Counted from the first letter of the stretch, positions 40,506-54,175 are shown. The stretch: 64,000 nucleotides of DNA from Eledone cirrhosa (GCA_964016885.1 OZ024740.1:180172001-180236000); one strand, 5' to 3'. Numbers and translations are program-made. Notes: generated by a model not told the origin, from the sequence alone.

Positions 40506-40967
40506 AAAAATACAAAACATATGCACATGCACACATATAACTCAAAACATATACTTCTACAGATACACTAACATCCATACCTGCACACACACACCCGCGT
40601 ACGTATTCAGACATGCATTCAAATCTACGTAGTTGATGTCTAAATTCCAATGTAAGAGTCTTGTATCTATATTAGAAAGCGACACTCCTTCTCTATTGGT
40701 AAACATTTATAGAATTATAAAACCAGAAAAACATACATATATATATAAATATACATGCATATATACATAAATACATACATGCATATAAAAACATACATGC
40801 ATATATACATAAATACTTACATGAGTGCATGCATACATGTGTGTTGTGTTAGTGTGTGTTTGTGCGTATGTGTGTGTGGGGTGCGTGTGTGTGACCCTGT
40901 ACATGTGTGTGTGTCCTTGCGCGCGCGCGTGTGTGTGTGTGTGTATGTGTGTGTGTGTGTGTGTATG

Positions 40968-40998
<31 letters not shown>

Positions 40999-43869
40999 GT
41001 GTGTGTGTGTGTGTATTTCACTATATTCCAGTAAAGAACAACGAACAAAGACTATTAATTTAGAAAGGTTATTTTATCACTCGCACCTTGATAAATGCAG
41101 TGAATACGCGTTTCTTTATAGAAAAACTCTAACCATTGATGCTGCTGTTTACAAAATGCGAAATACAACCAACGATTTCAAACGTTATCTGTATGTATTT
41201 ATTTTATGTGAAAGTTGAAGCAAATAAGAAAATGTTTCTGTTATCCTTTTTGGACTTCGAAAAGCATTTCTTTTACATGTTTCTCAGCTAATTGCCTGAA
41301 ACTTATAAACTGTAGCCATATCTACAGCATGTATATTTTAAGTAAGGATACAAACACTTTTATAAACCGCCAATTCGCCTATGTTTCAGTGAAAATAATG
41401 GCATTTTCCCCATTCCTTATTATTCTTTTGCGCTTAAATCTTTGCTAATGCCCTGGGAATAGTCACTCTTAATAGCATCTACATATGTTTCCCACAAATA
41501 CATTGTTCACATAATCTATATGTTGTTTCAAAAGCTGCTTCTTATTATGAGACTATTAGTTCAACACTTTGATTGTTGCAGACATTGTACTATCATTAAT
41601 TTCATAATGATATGTGCATGTCCCAAATTATCTTCGTACTAATGATTTAACTTCGATGAATTTGGCCAAAATTTGAATTGAGAACGTAAGTAACAAGACA
41701 CAGTATATCGCAAGAAACCAAGTCCAACATTTTAATGATCCGCTAAACTTGCATATGGTTTTCTAATATCAGGTTTTCCAACATAAACGCAAAAGATGCA
41801 AATTTAGAGGCATTTTATTGTGGATCATGTCATTCTTGTATTTAATCTCTATTTTATTTTGACCACGGTATTTTCTGATTGCTTTAATTCTTCCACATCG
41901 AGAGGTCCTGAAACCAATTTGAATATGCAAATATATGAAAGTTTGAAACATTCTGGCAATTCAGCACCCTTAGCAATAATTACTGGCATGTGTGTCAAGT
42001 TATATATTTCGTAAATTACTTGCGCTTAAATATATCGAAACTCTACCTACATATCATATAGCATTTGGTCAGATGCTCTAAAGAAACTAAGACTTCCGAT
42101 TTTATTCCATCGGTCTACCGTTTTAGGAAATACCATTGAATTCAAAGTAACTTACGCTGTAATTGTTCAATAGACAGTAATAATATTAAAGAAAATGATT
42201 TGGTGTCAGGGGAGGAAAGAAATAGATCATTTACATTTGATATGATGAATTATATCTGAGAAAATAAACTATTGTTGCAAAAATAATATTCATCATGGAA
42301 CGAAGGGGTAATCTTTATTGATTCGCTCATATTTTGTCAGTCACCTTTCTTGTGACCTAGTAATTATTTAAAGTAGATAGAATACAGAAGAAATAAGGAG
42401 ATACTAACCAGAATTAGGTATCTTAAGCGGAGGGATAAATCTTTATTTTCTATTCGTTTCTCAATACTAAACATATTTTAGCTTTAACTTCGGCATCAAT
42501 TTATATGCAGAATGTATATTTTAACATATAATGAATTCTTTTTATGCAAACATTATTCTTCATATTTGCTATGTAAAACAAGAAATGCTGTCTCCTAATT
42601 TCATCTGAATACTAAAACGACTTCTTGGTCCTTCATCGATGTAATGTAGCTTCCAAAGTATCTTTGGCACTGAAATAAAAGGACAAATTTAATTTGATCA
42701 CAGAGTAGAATGATTGAAATATTGCTTTTAGATCGGCTATTCTTAAACGGATATCCGGTACAACAATTTACATATGATTACAAAATCATATTATAAACGT
42801 AAATTAAATTGTTTAGAACTGCAAGTGAAGTCATTCTTTTCTTCTTTTTAAATATATATATATGTATAAGTTTATCCCGGTTTCAATCGGGGGTAACCAC
42901 AGTAAGTAAGGTATTCAATACATAGCAGGAATAGAACTGTTTCATTCGGGACAAATCATCAGGAAGCCGACTGTCCAAGTATTATGGTGGTATTTATACC
43001 TTTTCCGGTGGTAGGAGAGTGTGGTTATTGGGATGGGTGGAGGTCATTGGTTGATGGATTTAAAGAAAAGGGAATTCTTCAAAAGCTATTTTTAGAGAAA
43101 CAAAAGCTATATTTAGAGTCATAATGGGGGCGGGACACTCCTGATTGTAAGGTTCATTTAAGCTAACAATGGCCATTCATTGATGGGTCTGCCGAAATGG
43201 TCAGGTGTCTACAATCACACACAGGTCCCGCAATATACATGGTGACACTTGTCCGTACGAATATCCCAAGAATATTCTACAAGGCCATTGACCAGAGCGT
43301 TTCCCCAACACATGGATACCATGGATCTTCAAGGGTACACGTTCAATTTCTCTTTTTCAACAACAGCGAATCTTGAAAGCGTGATAGTTAGAATGGTGCA
43401 TACACATTATTTTCAGCCACTGATATTTAAACACACATATACATTTACATATACATAAATTTCCCTATTTGTTTTCGTTTGATGACAAACAAAAAAAAAT
43501 CGGGAAATTTTCCTCCCACTGTAGCCCCGACTCTGCACCCAACAACCATCTCCGGACTGCAAGTGAACATGATAATCCCAACCATCAGACGAACAACGAC
43601 CAACCAAACCACGCCATATACCTTCTACAAACTGGCACCAATGAGCAACCAGACACCCGAGACTCCGGAAGTATATGTATGTGTAGATGTGTGTGTGTGT
43701 TTAAATCTCAGTGTCTGAAAATAATGTGTATGCAACATTCTAAGGCCTAACGTACGTAACTAACGCGCAAACCCCCACACACAAACATGCTCATACATAA
43801 AATGTGGCATCGTCGTCATATTATAAAATGTAGTTTACTATAGTTGACTATAGAAAAATAATTTTAGAT

Positions 43870-44023
43870 AAAATGTTATATTGTTTTAATCCAAATGAAA
43901 ATAAAAATAAAACGTTTTAATCCCAGGGTCTAATACTATTACATTGTTTCATTGTAAAATTTGAATTGATTTGGTCGAGCCGGTTGAGAATGCATAAGGA
44001 AACAGACAGACAGAGAGACAAAG

Positions 44024-44030
<7 letters not shown>
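43870..44030 (-). mobile_element. Probable 5' fragment of a non-autonomous Helitron-like element
   Basis: AAATTTGAATTGATTTGGTCGAGCCGGTT...ACAGACAGACAG...TATATA has the same architecture as 52470-52575. Confidence 0.4.
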
Positions 44031-44093
<63 letters not shown>

Positions 44094-44094
44094 G

Positions 44095-44640
44095 TTGCTC
44101 TACATGGCTCAATACAATAAATGTAATCTGAGTCTTTCGAATATTAATAATAATATTCGATTCGTTTGCAATTATGCAAACAAGCCTAAATTTTAAAGCC
44201 ATGTCAGCATTCTTGCTCTTGTGTATTTTCTAAAATATACACTGACTGATCGGCTTGATTTTCATGTAAGCTGAGAAGTCAGATCTGCATATTACTAGAT
44301 CCCCTGATAAGCTAAATTTGCATATCAGCAGACAGGCCAGTCAGTTTTAGTATACAAGCGATCGATGGCCGGCTTTGCACATTCAGAATATAAAAATAAA
44401 AATAAAAATTTCGCGCTACATGGCTGAATACAATAAAAGTTATCTGAGGTTTTCGAATATTAATAATATTCGATTCGATTCGTTTGCAATTATGCAAACA
44501 AGCCTCATTTTTAAAGCCATGTCAGTAGAATGAGCCCTCATTCTTGCTGTTGTGTTGGCATGTAAACAGAACTGCATACACTAATGGTTCTGTGTATCAC
44601 CCTTCATCAGTACAGTTTACTGTTCACCTGCAAACGGTCA
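44095..44640 (-). repeat. ~316-bp structured tandem repeat (about 1.7 units) with one degenerate hammerhead
   Basis: ACATGGCT at 44102 and 44418, with twin hairpins GTTTGCA/TGCAAAC and TCGAATATT/AATATTCGA. The 3' end abuts (TA)n. Confidence 0.75.
44570..44617 (-). ncRNA. Degenerate type I hammerhead (GAAA mutated to GAAC, weak stem II)
   Basis: Minus strand reads AACTGTA-CTGATGA-AGGGTGATACACA-GAAC-CATTAGTG-TA-TGCAGTT, inside an outer stem GCAGGTGAACAG/CTGTTTACATGC. Confidence 0.6.
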
Positions 44641-44899
44641 GAGCTAGTGAACATATGCTTCATTACATAAACACATGTAACATATGCAATTCTCACAACT
44701 TGGATGAAAATGCATACACTACTTGTGCGGATAGAAATTCGTAATATACTACGGCTTCCGAGGGCTGAAATATATATAGAAATATATAATTCCAATAATA
44801 CGATAACAAAACAAGAGGAATAAAAATGCAGCAGCAAGAGTGCAGCTCTATGTAAAAATAAATAGCTACAATAGAACCAATAAATTATCCTCAAAAGTG

Positions 44900-46020
44900 G
44901 GCTGCTACCAATTGAAAATAAATGGTGTCGAAGCAGAAGCCGGGGAACGAAAGCTTGGTTATAAACTGACAAGTTTAACATCTGAAGGTGTGAGTGCAGT
45001 AACACAAATTTTAGGATGGCATTGTTTTATTGTAATAGAACATAAACTATGATAACACACTCATGGATAAAATGAATTCGGAAATGTAAGCTGTAGCAGG
45101 TAACATAAGAAGTCCTGTATTAAAATGATGTAGCACTTAATTGACAGAAAGGGAATCAGGTGTTAGAATTGAAAATTAGAAGAGGAACCTTCCAGTTACT
45201 CACTGCAGCCCCATTGATGTTTGTGCTGAGAACGATTCCATTGAATGAAATCATGCGGAAGACCCTCTTGTGGTCTTGGAATTTGAAAAGAAAATCTCAA
45301 ATCCCTGCTATTACTGTACACACAAGCGTGTGGCAGACTAAGATATTCTGGTCTATACTGAACGGATTTTCTCAAATTTGGACTTTCATAATGATGGTGA
45401 TGAAAAGAGAAACATTTGTAAGAACATAAAAATATGTTAACTAGTGAAATGATGAAGGCAATTGATTTCTCAATCTAGATGTAAATACTTGGAAATAGTT
45501 GAATCAGGTGGAATAAAGAATGATGACATGGAAGGAAGACAAAAAAAAAAAAGTCTGCAACATTGCATTCAAAGTTGAATGCCGGACACATCATTTTGGC
45601 AATAAACCCATTGTTTCGTGTGGAGAGGTAGTTGTACAGCTGAGAAAGGATGAGGGAAATTGGTTGAACAAGAAAGACTCTACATCATCCATATCCCCAC
45701 ATTGTTCATCTCTACATTAGCAGAGCAAATGGATGAAGGGGAGTGATAAATGCATATTGAAATTAAAAAACCTTGTTAGTAGTAGTAAGAGAAGTGAGCA
45801 TATTGAAAACAAGTACGACGGTGACAAAAGAAGTAGAATTATAAGGATATGAAAAAGCATTACTTAAAGGTTTACATAAACATTTTCAAACGTTCACTAA
45901 AGTATATACTTTAAAAAGGGTACTGAGAGCAATAAACTTGCTGCACAAGGCCTTGCTTGGTTCACAAATTGGAAAGTCAGTCTTAGAAATGGGTGTTTCT
46001 CTTGTGCTGAGTATGTAAAA
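44900..46020 (+). mobile_element. Highly decayed non-LTR RT fragment (R4/Dong-like)
   Basis: LKIRRGTFQLLTAAPLMFVLRTIPL resembles the RT motif IKRGIFQGDSLSPLLFVLCMIPL; many stops. Confidence 0.45.
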
Positions 46021-46029
46021 TAGTTTGAC

Positions 46030-48706
46030 GAAACTATTGCTTAACCACCCAGGGTTGACTCAGGTACCCCTCCAATCCGGAACCACCCGACGCTTTGAGA
46101 GCACCCGCGAAGGGCACTCCTCTCCTCCTCCACAAATTCACCATCCTACAGTCGCATGATCACAGTAGTTCCACTCACACGGGTGATTCACGCCACATTC
46201 ACACACATTTCAGCAAGTGTATTGGGGGTTCAGGTCTCTCTCCACCCTCATCTTCCTTTGAAATTTAAATTTGAAAAAGTTTAAAAAGTTGATGAGGGAT
46301 TGGCCGAAGAGAAAAGTGTCTGTCTTCAGTACTTTCAACGTAGTCCACCATACAACCTCTTTCGCTACTGCCACCAGAGCGAGGAAAATAGCCTGCCCTT
46401 CCTGGCCAAAAGAACGCGGCCGGACGATATTCACTATGGACAGGGCCGATAACCGGATCCGTTCTACACGCAACAGCAGCTGCTCGACATAACTGCACAA
46501 GTCAGTAAGGCACGGATGCTGGACGAATGTGTGCAGAACGGTTTCGTCGCTCTGGGCGCATCTCCAGCAGGTCCCTCTGACAACATTTCCGTGCCTGTAG
46601 AGTTTATCTCGAACCGGCAGTGCCCCCTTCGTATCACTGACAAGCGAGCGATTTTTGAAAGTTATACATAGTCCCAGGCTCGAAAATCTTCCGGAACAGA
46701 CTAGTTAGTTCGATTTCACTGACGCCAAGAGCCTCTCCGAGTGTGTCGTCGCACTTGACAACCACTAATCCTCTGACCAAATTGCCAGCCTGGTAGAGGG
46801 AAGTGAGTGCCTAGCAACATTCCAGATGCCATTCACCCAGTCTCTGCCACTTCATAACCAGGACTGAAGGTCAGTCAAAGAGACGAGCTGCGGAAAGCCC
46901 GTTTGACTGACGGCGACCACACCTACTCACCGTTTAAGCAGAATATCTGGAGATGCCGCAGCCTCAGCGCATCTTTGCGCATAATTAGCCACGTAATGCC
47001 CAGCCCTTCACGTAGAAGGTGCTGGTAGCAAATGGTCCGCCTCACTAACGGAACCTGTCCCCTCCACAAGAATTTGAAGAGGAGTCGATCCAAGTTGGTG
47101 AAGTGCGGACGGGGGCAAGGGATGACGTTCAGGCGGTAGAAGATGAAGGACGCGATGTACCCGTTCGCCACCTCCACCCGATCTTTCAGTGACAGCTTCT
47201 TCGCAGCTCATTGGTGGGTCAGACTGGACAACCTGCCCGGTTTCTCGTCCCAAACCATATCCAGCTGGAGGTCTGGCCCGTGCCAATCCCCGAGCAACTT
47301 TACAGGTCCGTCCGTCCTGCGCCCAAAGACGATATTGGACGGCATGGGCTTGCCTCTCCAGGAACCGAGTCGCAAGGCTACTGACTTTTCCGGATTTAGT
47401 TTCACTCCCGTCAACCTTTCATACCCACTATGTTGCAGACCACTTCGATTTCCGAGGTGTCCAACACCATCACGGTGATGTCGTTCGTATAAACCGACAA
47501 AGCTTATCCGCAATAAAAGCTCGAGTGTCAATACGTACAGAAGGGACGAGAGAGGACACCGTTGACGAACCGATCGGGAATCTGAAACGGTTCCGAGAGG
47601 TAGCCATTAAATTTGAACACCGAGCAGATACCGCTGTGCATTGCAGCAATCCAGCTTCTGAAGACGAGACCGAAGCCAGCTGCTTTAAGGATAGCCTCGA
47701 GGTACCGATGGTCGACCCTATCGAATGCCTTCAATTTATATACATTGATTAGAACACTACCGAAGCCAAGTTTACACACTAACCTCTCTATGATGTATCG
47801 CATCAGGTGGAACTTGTGTATGGAACTGTTCGGAATTGTGCAAGTTTGCGCCTCCCCAACCAAATCATCTAGGACAAGCGCCAACTATTTGGCCAAAATC
47901 TTAACTTCTGTGTTGAGTAGCGTTAAGGGCCTACAATTATCTAATGTGTCCCTCTTGTTCTCGTCTTTCCTTATCAGCTCACAGAACTCGGAAAAACCCG
48001 TTCTGCTGCCAGTTGCAGTAGAGCGCTTCGAGGTGAAGCAGACCATCTCAGAGGGCAGACCATCCAAACCGGCTGACTTGTGCCTCGTGCGGCCGACAAG
48101 TGCATCCTGAATTTCTCTCTAACGTTATCGGCCTTTGTAAGCGCTCAACGTTGGCAGTCGAAAGTTGTGGCAAGCGATCAAGGTAGTGACTGAGGTCCGC
48201 CACCGTCTCTGACACTCAACTTCCCCCGAAGAACCGAGCAAAATACTGGTGAAAGGCCTAACACATCCGCCTGCAAACGTTCAGCTCATGTCCTTCTTGG
48301 TCCGTCACAAACCGAATTGTCGTTTTATCACCACGCTGCGCCTCGGCCACGTGGGCCCATCGAAAAGCTTTTGTTTCCTCGTTTCTCAGAGTACGCGCCT
48401 GAGCTCTGACAATGCAACCTTCGTGTTTCACATTGAAGAAATGATCTAATGCCATTCTCGCCGCTAGCACATCAATTGCAATGCCACCACAAATAGCCTC
48501 GTCTAACTTATCTACCAACTCATCCTCCTTTCTATTTTTCTCTAACGCTACTTCTTTGCTAAACCCTATCGACATTACTCTAATCTCTCTTTTGATAGCC
48601 CCCAACCATCTGTTGTTGATGACTCCCCCTAGCAACTTTTGCTTAACTAAATTGTTTACTCGGTCCCTCTTACCAAAAACGACATGTTCGACTGGTACTG
48701 CAAACG
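46030..48706 (-). mobile_element. Degenerate 5'-truncated L1/Tx1 element (same family as 13200-18570)
   Basis: NNRWLGAIKREIR, HEGCIVR, RPLTLLNTEVKILAK, KAFDRVDH, VKLNPEKS and AKEVVWWT. Confidence 0.88.
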
Positions 48707-48934
48707 TATTGAGAAGAGGACTATCTCTGTAATATCTCTCCTTGTATTTACATATACATATGCACATCTGTATATATGTATACTGTTTTTCTTTTCTTTT
48801 ATAATTATAATCAATGTGATGTAGTAACTGGCTTACCAATGCACACTGTGAATGTATTTGTCCTAGGTGTCAGGAAGACAGTCGGTATATATCTCCGAAA
48901 CAATAATGAAAGAAAATAAAAAGAATAATAATAA

Positions 48935-49120
48935 TAATAGTTTCCATTTTTGGCACAAGGCCAGCAATTACTCAGTAAATTACTGGTACTTTATTTTATA
49001 GACACCGTAAGGATGAAAGGCATAGTTAACCTCGGCGGGATTTGAACTCAGTCCGTAAAGAGACGTAACTGTGCTGCAAAGCATGGCGTTCGACCCTCTA
49101 CCGAAACTGCCAATCTACCG
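48935..49120 (-). mobile_element. tRNA-derived SINE
   Basis: ACTGGTACTTTATTTTA...GGATGAAAGGC...CCTCGGCGGGATTTGAACTCAG is the reverse complement of the family core. Confidence 0.85.
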
Positions 49121-50927
49121 TAATACTAATAATAATACTAATTGTTCCTTACTTGCAGCCCCAGAAATTTCATTGAAGGTCTTAGCTCACTTGATTGTCA
49201 GCAGTACATAACTAACAGTTTATTAACAAATGTCAGGAAGCATTTTGTCTGACATAAACAATAATCATAACACCAAAGCCAGCCTGAATAATTAGCTGTG
49301 TTTCTGACGATAGGCCCGGTAAAAGATAAGTTTTATTGCTCTACTTGGTGTTATAGGGAGAATCAGATTGGACTTGCGTGTGTATCGCTTTTATCTCATA
49401 GCTTTTTTACAGCAAGCTGATAAAGGAAAATATAATTATGTAAAAACAGCAGCTGTCACATGCCATTGTATATTACTTGAGTGATAATAAAAATAATGTC
49501 TATGCAAACTTCCCAAAGGGATATTAAAATTATATCAAAGAAGGAACGCATATGAGCTCACATTGTTAATCTGATCTCCTTACTTCTAGCCAGCTCATGC
49601 AAAATTTTAGATGATAATAATTTTTACAACTATAACAATTTTATGTATCTTTACACAATACCACAATGACAATTAAATTCACATTTGCTTAACATACACA
49701 TATATTCTTTCCAACACACATAACGTTGGCTTTTGTTATATTAAAAGTAATCTTAAATCTTATGTTGTTTTTATTGAAGAGAATTTCGAAGATCAAGGGA
49801 TTATATTTTCTAAGCTATTAAATATACATACAGCGTCCCTGTTTAACTGTTTCTATTTAAATTTTAAAGAAACAAATAACAAAATGCTATCGAGAATATG
49901 AGATTATATGATATAAACAACTGCAATAAATTTTTGAAAAAAATATTTACTGTTTAGACATCTGCCGCCATTCTTCTAAACCTTTGAGTAAATATAAATT
50001 GGTGATTATTCGATATTTAGTGTATATTTCTTAACAGTCAACAAAATACACAGACAAGTTAATAATAACAAATATAAGCAACAAGATATGTTTATATGAC
50101 ATCACATGTTATTCTTCGTAAAAACAATGATTTTGTAATTTCAAAATGTTGATATAATTTGTAATATATATTTATTTAAGATTTCTATTTTTCTTTCAAT
50201 TATTGTATCTATATATATATATTGTAACCTCTTTGCAATAGCAATATAGGAGCTATATCAGAAATAATTATTATGATAATCTAGTTGCAAAACTACCGGG
50301 ATATATGTTTTTTCAGTGGTTTACTATGATACGATGCAGCAAACATAGAAATATATGCCTAACTGAGTCTGCAAAACATTTTCGATTCTATGTAGCAGAT
50401 ATTTGATAATATACTTGACAAACAATCGCGAATTATTGAGAGTTTCCTTTTAACTCTACAGCTAGTCATCCACGATATGAAATATGAAAATATGCTTTAT
50501 AGTTGTTTCCCTCCAAATGATGGATCAAATGAATTTTCGGATCAATGCATCAAATGAAATGGGGAATGCACAATGGTGAAGTATTTATTCAGCACTTCAC
50601 ACCGGGATATATATTTGATTGCTACCTCTAGAAAATAGATATATCAGGCTAATAATTTGTAAAGTATGACGAGTATCAGAACATGGATTGCAGTGTTATA
50701 TCCCACCATTTAATGTACAGTTTAACATATTTGTACCCTTATCTTTTCTTTCGATCTCTACATAAAACTATTTTGGAGGTGATTTATACAATTTTCTTTA
50801 TTAAGGCACTCCATATCTGGTTTTGTATTATGTATATATATATATTTTGTTTCAGAAGATCCCGTTAAGGGTGAAAGTAGCGATTCTTTGTTTAAACTTT
50901 AATATGTTATTTTAATATATATATATA

Positions 50928-51835
50928 CGAGGTGGGTCAGAAAAGTGCCAGGACTGATGTCACAAAAAGATTTATTTCAAACCCAAACTTCACATTAAGA
51001 GTTTTCTCCTTGAAAGTAATCCGTCTGGAGTCTGATGCAAGTGTCCATCCTTTTCTACCACGCTTACATGCACTGCTGGAAGGATTCTTCCCGGATCCTC
51101 CGCAGTTCCGTCGTCACGGCCTTTTTGATGTCGTCCGCGTCCTCAAAACGGGTCCCTTCCGGGTCATACTCGAAGAACCATGACTCATCACCGGTGATGA
51201 CTGTCCTTGCAAGTCTGGTTCGGTTTCAAGACGCTCGAGGATGTCCTGGCACACTTGCATGCGTCGACCCTTCTGGCCATCGTTCAGCAGTTTTGGCACC
51301 ATCTTCGCGCAGACTTTCCGCATGTTCAAATCTGCAGTGAGAATCATCCAGACGCTGTCCCTATTCATGCCCAGCTCATTTGACATCAGTCGAACAGTGA
51401 GCCGACGATCGCTACGCACCATCTGCCTGACGCGCTCAACGTTGACCTCAGTCCTGTTTGTTGAGGGCCTTCCGCTCCTTGGGTCATCTTCTACGTCCTC
51501 GCGTCCTTCTTTAAACCACTTGCACGACTCAAAATCATGTGAACGTGTCTCATCACCATACACTTCGTACATCTCCATACACTTGCTGCAGCAATTCCAG
51601 TGCTTCTGACGGAGTTTTCAAGTTTGTTCGTTGCTCTGTGCTCATTGCTTAACGACCTGAAACAGAGGACATGTATATAAATTATGAAGAAAAAGGTTTG
51701 ATCGCTGCAGAAAGCTAAGATTACAGATACATACTCCAGGGGGATTACTTTCAAGGAGAAAACTCTCAGTGTGAAGTTTGGGTTTGAAATAAATCTTTTG
51801 TGACATCAGTCCTGGAACTTTTCTGACACACATCG
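50928..51835 (-). mobile_element. Mariner (Tc1/mariner) transposon, internally deleted, with ~105-bp TIRs and TA target duplication
   Basis: TA|CGAGGTGGGTCAGAAAAG...CTTTTCTGACACACATCG|TA. The transposase fragment reads WFKEGREDVEDDPRSGRPST...RRLTVR...KVCAKMVPKLL...TGDESW. Confidence 0.93.
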
Positions 51836-51839
51836 TATA

Positions 51840-52569
51840 CTAGTAGAATGGCCCGGCGTTGCTCGGGCTTCTAAACATAGTTTGGCATGTTTTTCCCTCC
51901 TTTCTGAAACAGTACAGAGAAGTACAGAATACCTCAGCCGGGAAATCGTGTCTACATTTTGTGCTTATAAAAAAATTCGTCGTTGATTACCAGTGGTTTA
52001 ACTTTATTGGGTGCCTGAGAGTAAAATGTTCCACCCACGAAAGCCAAGATGAAGGGTTAAGTAAAAGAGCATTCGACAAACCGAACATGTATTTGTTGTG
52101 CTATGGTACAATGAAAGTTAGAGAGCAGTAAGTGCAGTGGTGGAGAGAATGAAGGAATTTAGTTGGATACTTTTAAGGTTACACAAATCTACACAATCTG
52201 ATATAGACCGAACTGTTATATCGGATGCCGAACGCCTCGGAATTACTATTGGGGTCACCATCAACAATTTCAAGGGATGTACGTATAAGTAGGGATAATA
52301 TAGTCTATAAAGAGAGGTAACTGTTTCAAAATACTAAAGAGTTGTCTCTCTTGAACATTGTAGACAAAACTGCGGACAAAAAGGGTTAAAGTTTTATTGA
52401 GAAAAACGCCTTTAACAATAGAAAATTGAAAAATAAAAGCTGCAGTTAATATATGCAGTTAATATCTTTATATCAAGGAATATATACATGCAAGTTTGAA
52501 GTCAATCGGAGTAGAAATGTAGATTTGTATAGACTTTGCAAAAATTAGGACACACACAGACAATTTCAG

Positions 52570-52575
<6 letters not shown>
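51840..52575 (-). mobile_element. Non-autonomous Helitron-like element
   Basis: The minus-strand 3' end reads CCCGAGCAACGCCGGG (hairpin)...CTAG|T. The other end lies in a TATATA/TGTCTGTGTG tract. Confidence 0.65.
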
Positions 52576-52622
<47 letters not shown>

Positions 52623-52743
52623 TGCCGCAAGGCACAAATCAAATTATTTCTGACTTGACCACTGCCACAGTGGTCAAGTTCTTAGCCATTTTGTATTCGT
52701 TTCTGGCGGATCATTTAAGAAAAATCTTTGTCTAAGTGAGTTT

Positions 52744-52825
52744 GTTTCCTGATGAGTTCAAAGCACGATCATTTATCCTTGATAGGATATTTCCGAAAGC
52801 GAACGAAACCCTGAAGTGTAGAAAC
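52744..52825 (+). ncRNA. Type I hammerhead ribozyme with an extended stem II
   Basis: GTTTC-CTGATGA-GTTC...GAAC-GAAA-CCCTGAAGTG-TA-GAAAC, with one mismatch in stem III. Confidence 0.75.
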
Positions 52826-53006
52826 TTAATCCTGGTATGTGTATATGCATCTTTTCTTCTAACTTTAATTGTATACTTAATTGTGTATGGTTGACGATAT
52901 ATGTAATCGATTTTCACGTGCTATTGAAATGCTGGGTAAATATGTGTGTGTAGACTTAGCACTTTCATGTAAACAAGTGCTATTATGCCTCATATCAAGT
53001 TACCTT

Positions 53007-53072
53007 TTTTATCTGATGAGAACAACATTTTTGTCCCAGGATGATTTTTTATTCGAAGTGCGCATAATAAAA
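53007..53072 (+). ncRNA. Decayed type I hammerhead of the same family as 36976-37042 (GAAA mutated to GAAG)
   Basis: TTTTAT-CTGATGA-GAAC...ATTC-GAAG-TGCGCA-TA-ATAAAA. The flanks are also homologous (CTTTTAACCATCTTTT). Confidence 0.7.
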
Positions 53073-53120
53073 TATATGGAACTCTTTTAACCATCTTTTA
53101 ATTTCTTCTTTATTATATAT

Positions 53121-53701
53121 ATATCTTTAAGTCGTTTGGAAGCCTCGACAATGCAAATGGGTACATCTCCGGGTAACAAGATCCGGTGGTGGAGAGAGAG
53201 ATGTAAGTAGGTGTACGTTGAGATGCGTGGTGTGTAAAGATGTGTAAATGTGTAGAAGAAAGAAGGGAAGAGTATAAAGGATAAAATAAAAATAACAACA
53301 CAAGAGAGAGTTACCTTGGGAGAGATTTAATAGTCCCTATATTTTTCGGATTCACATCCATCAACTGGGTTTTTTTTTCGGGGTAAAGGTAGTCTGTCGG
53401 ACAGGTGCGAAACGCGTTCTCCGCTGTTTGTTGTTTTGAATATAAAAAAAAACCCTGTTGATGGATATGAATCCGAAATATATAGGGACTATTAAATCTC
53501 TCCCAAGGTAACTCTCTCTTGCGTTGTTATTTTTATTTTATCCTTTATAGTCTTCCCTTCTTTCTTCTACACATTTACACATCTTTACACACCACGCATC
53601 TCAACGTACACCCACTTACATCTCTCTCTCCACCACCGGATCTTGTTACCCGGAGATTTACCCATTTGCATTGTCGAGGCTTCCAAACAACTTAAAGATA
53701 T
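53121..53701. repeat. Inverted repeat with ~257-bp arms and a ~65-bp spacer; the inner end of each arm carries a hammerhead-like motif
   Basis: 53121-53378 versus 53444-53701. The right arm begins CC-CTGTTGA-TGGAT-ATGA-ATCC-GAAA-TATA-TA-GG. Confidence 0.88.
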
Positions 53702-53739
53702 TTATTTATTATTCCACAATGCAAACTTCAATACTCTCT

Positions 53740-53823
<84 letters not shown>

Positions 53824-53826
<3 letters not shown>

Positions 53827-54018
53827 TCTAGGGTTCTTATATATATGATATATATCTATCCTTATGGAGCCTTCTTTGGATTTTAGTCTTTAAATTTAGT
53901 ATTATTACTATATATATATATATAGTAATAATATTAAATTTCAAAGCTAAAATCCCAAAGAGGACGCGATAAGGATAAGTATATATCAAATATATAAGAA
54001 CCCCTGAGCAAATGGATG

Positions 54019-54074
<56 letters not shown>

Positions 54075-54160
54075 GTAATAATAATAAATTTGAAGCCTAA
54101 AATCCAAAGAGGGCTCGATAAGGATAAATATATATCATATATATAAGAACCGTGGAGCAA
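53824..54160. repeat. Three copies of a ~90-bp unit (one inverted, two direct) interleaved with (TA)n
   Basis: 53824-53910 is the reverse complement of about 53923-54010 and 54072-54160. Confidence 0.8.
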
Positions 54161-54175
54161 TTGTATGTGTGTATA

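Noticed and set aside
49290-49340. CTGACGA motif as a possible hammerhead core
   Set aside because: No compatible stems or GAAA at a suitable distance.
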